Source: SAR324 cluster bacterium SAR324-CTD7B | Lineage (GTDB): Bacteria > SAR324 > NAC60-12 | Reading direction: 5' to 3' | Length of the DNA: 64,000 bases | Assembly: GCA_002082305.1 (NCBI GenBank) | Contig: LSNO01000081.1 | Coordinates: 2,041 to 66,040, forward strand | Part shown: piece after piece, positions 62,781 to 64,000 of the stretch | Layout: the number at the start of each line of letters is the position of its first letter | How positions within the stretch are numbered: position 1 is the first letter of the stretch | The notes under the pieces: generated by a model | Database searches by the model: none | Told to the model about the DNA's origin: nothing | The model's input: only the letters and a program-made list of their open reading frames with translations | Position numbers and translations under genes: made by a program

Positions 62781-63437
62781 CTAGCGTGTTTGATCTTCAG
62801 GAAGGAGCAGAATCTGTACACGTCGGTTCAAGTTACGTTTATAAGCTGTATCCGGATTAAATCTTGGACGGGAATCACCATATCCGGCTACCTGGATACG
62901 ATCTACTGGAATAAGTTTTGATTCCAGAAAAGCGGCAATCACGCTTGCTCGTGCTACAGAAAGTTCCCAGTTTGATGGATATTTCTGATTTGAATCAGAT
63001 TCATCGGTGTGTCCGGATATTTCAATATTGTTCTGCAGCTGCCCAATAATCGGCAGCATCTTGATCAAAGTCTTTTTTGCTTTCTCAGAAATTGATACAG
63101 AACCTTGTTCAAAGGCCACTGTTTTGCTGAATGTAACCTCCAGTCCAGCCTTTGAGGCATTGATTGACACATCATCAGGTACATCCAGCTGTTCAAGCTC
63201 CTTTGAAGCTTTATCTAAATTTGAAGATTGTCCACTGAAAATAAAGGGACTGCCCGGCGGCATGCTTTTGAAACTTTCAGAAATTTGCCTGCTTTTTTCG
63301 ATATCAGTCTTGCACATGGAAAAGAGCAAAATGAAAAAGCAAAGCAGCAGCGTTACCAAATCACCATAAGTAAAAATCCAATCCTGCTCAAAAGGAATAC
63401 AAACTTCACAATCTTCCTCATCAATCATCTGACCCAT
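62781..63437 (-). CDS. motB: Flagellar motor stator protein MotB paralog 1 (OmpA-like C-terminal domain)
   Basis: Opens MGQMIDEEDCEVCIPFEQDWIFTYGDLVTLLLCFFILLFS. The C-terminus has GHTDESDSNQKYPSNWELSVARASVIAAFL...NRRVQILLLP. About 60% identical to the downstream paralog. Confidence 0.7.
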   Translation of the reverse strand: MGQMIDEEDCEVCIPFEQDWIFTYGDLVTLLLCFFILLFSMCKTDIEKSRQISESFKSMPPGSPFIFSGQSSNLDKASKELEQLDVPDDVSINASKAGLEVTFSKTVAFEQGSVSISEKAKKTLIKMLPIIGQLQNNIEISGHTDESDSNQKYPSNWELSVARASVIAAFLESKLIPVDRIQVAGYGDSRPRFNPDTAYKRNLNRRVQILLLPEDQTR

Positions 63438-63462
63438 TATTTACTCCTTTTTCAGGTTCAGA

Positions 63463-64000
63463 TCAATCTCCACCTTCAGCGGCGGCTTCACCGCCGCCTT
63501 CAAACTTCAAAGCTTCATACATTGTTTTTTGAACGGGCGGCAGATAGTTCATCAAGTCGTTTTCAATAAAATCCGGACGCTGTCCGCCCTCAATGTAAAG
63601 CACGCCGTCACGGATCATTTCCATCAAAACTTTTTCCTCACCCGCATAGCCTTCAAGCTTCTTTTTGGCTGGAGCAAAAATAGTATTCGCAAAAAGGGAT
63701 CCATAAAAGGTGGTAATCAAAGCCACAGCCATTGCAGGGCCAATAGCGGAAGGATCATCAAGGTTCTGGAGAAGAAGTACCAGTCCAACCAGCGTTCCAA
63801 GCATTCCCCAGGCAGGGCAGAGAGAAGCCATTGTTCCAACCACAGCAATTTCATTATCCTTGCCGGACATTGTATATTTTACTTCGTGAGCCATCATGTT
63901 CACTATTGCCTCCCGGTCAGCACGGTCCACCACCAGTCTTAATCCTCCGCGCAGGAAAAGGTTTTCGACGCTGGGCAGTGCGTCTTCAATTGCCAGAATA
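63463..64000 (-). CDS. motA: MotA/PomA-family stator proton channel, N-terminally truncated by the window end
   Basis: The C-terminal TM3-TM4 region (GMLGTLVGLVLLLQNLDDPSAIGPAMAVALITTFYGSLFANTIFAPAKKKLE) matches the MotA/TolQ/ExbB family. The ORF continues beyond position 64000. Confidence 0.75.
   Translation of the reverse strand, partial: ILAIEDALPSVENLFLRGGLRLVVDRADREAIVNMMAHEVKYTMSGKDNEIAVVGTMASLCPAWGMLGTLVGLVLLLQNLDDPSAIGPAMAVALITTFYGSLFANTIFAPAKKKLEGYAGEEKVLMEMIRDGVLYIEGGQRPDFIENDLMNYLPPVQKTMYEALKFEGGGEAAAEGGD

Overview
This is a low-GC (about 40% by eye) bacterial chromosomal segment packed with housekeeping genes. Reading left to right it holds: a flagellar filament operon on the minus strand (fliC, an unusually large fliD, fliS) with a sigma-28-type promoter; rpmH-rnpA-yidD-yidC; gltB-gltD; malic enzyme, proB, secG-tpiA; sufS-sufU plus a MoxR ATPase; orphan molybdoenzyme-maturation genes (xdhC, mocA, coxG); upp; a long ThyX-like protein; an ~18 kb minus-strand array carrying respiratory complex I genes in scrambled order with unrelated genes inside it; ilvB-ilvN; an oxyR-katG-glutaredoxin-peroxiredoxin redox locus; hflK, map, lepB, a GT2 glycosyltransferase, argA; and two tandem motB paralogs beside a truncated motA. 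The complex I genes run nuoEFG-JKL, then skp-fabZ-gatC-yhbY-metG, then nuoA, a hicBA toxin-antitoxin pair, nuoBCD-H, pdxH, nuoI. Three things stand out. First, a peroxiredoxin has an in-frame TGA exactly where the peroxidatic cysteine belongs, followed by a hairpin, so it is a candidate selenocysteine peroxiredoxin. Second, katG is sharply GC-rich against the rest of the window, suggesting horizontal acquisition. Third, a HicAB pair is embedded in the nuo array. Other points of interest are a 1093-aa FliD with three internal repeats, two paralogous ~150-nt structured elements flanking alkA, and tandem MotB paralogs with an N-terminal CxxC motif. No rRNA, tRNA or CRISPR array was recognised by eye.
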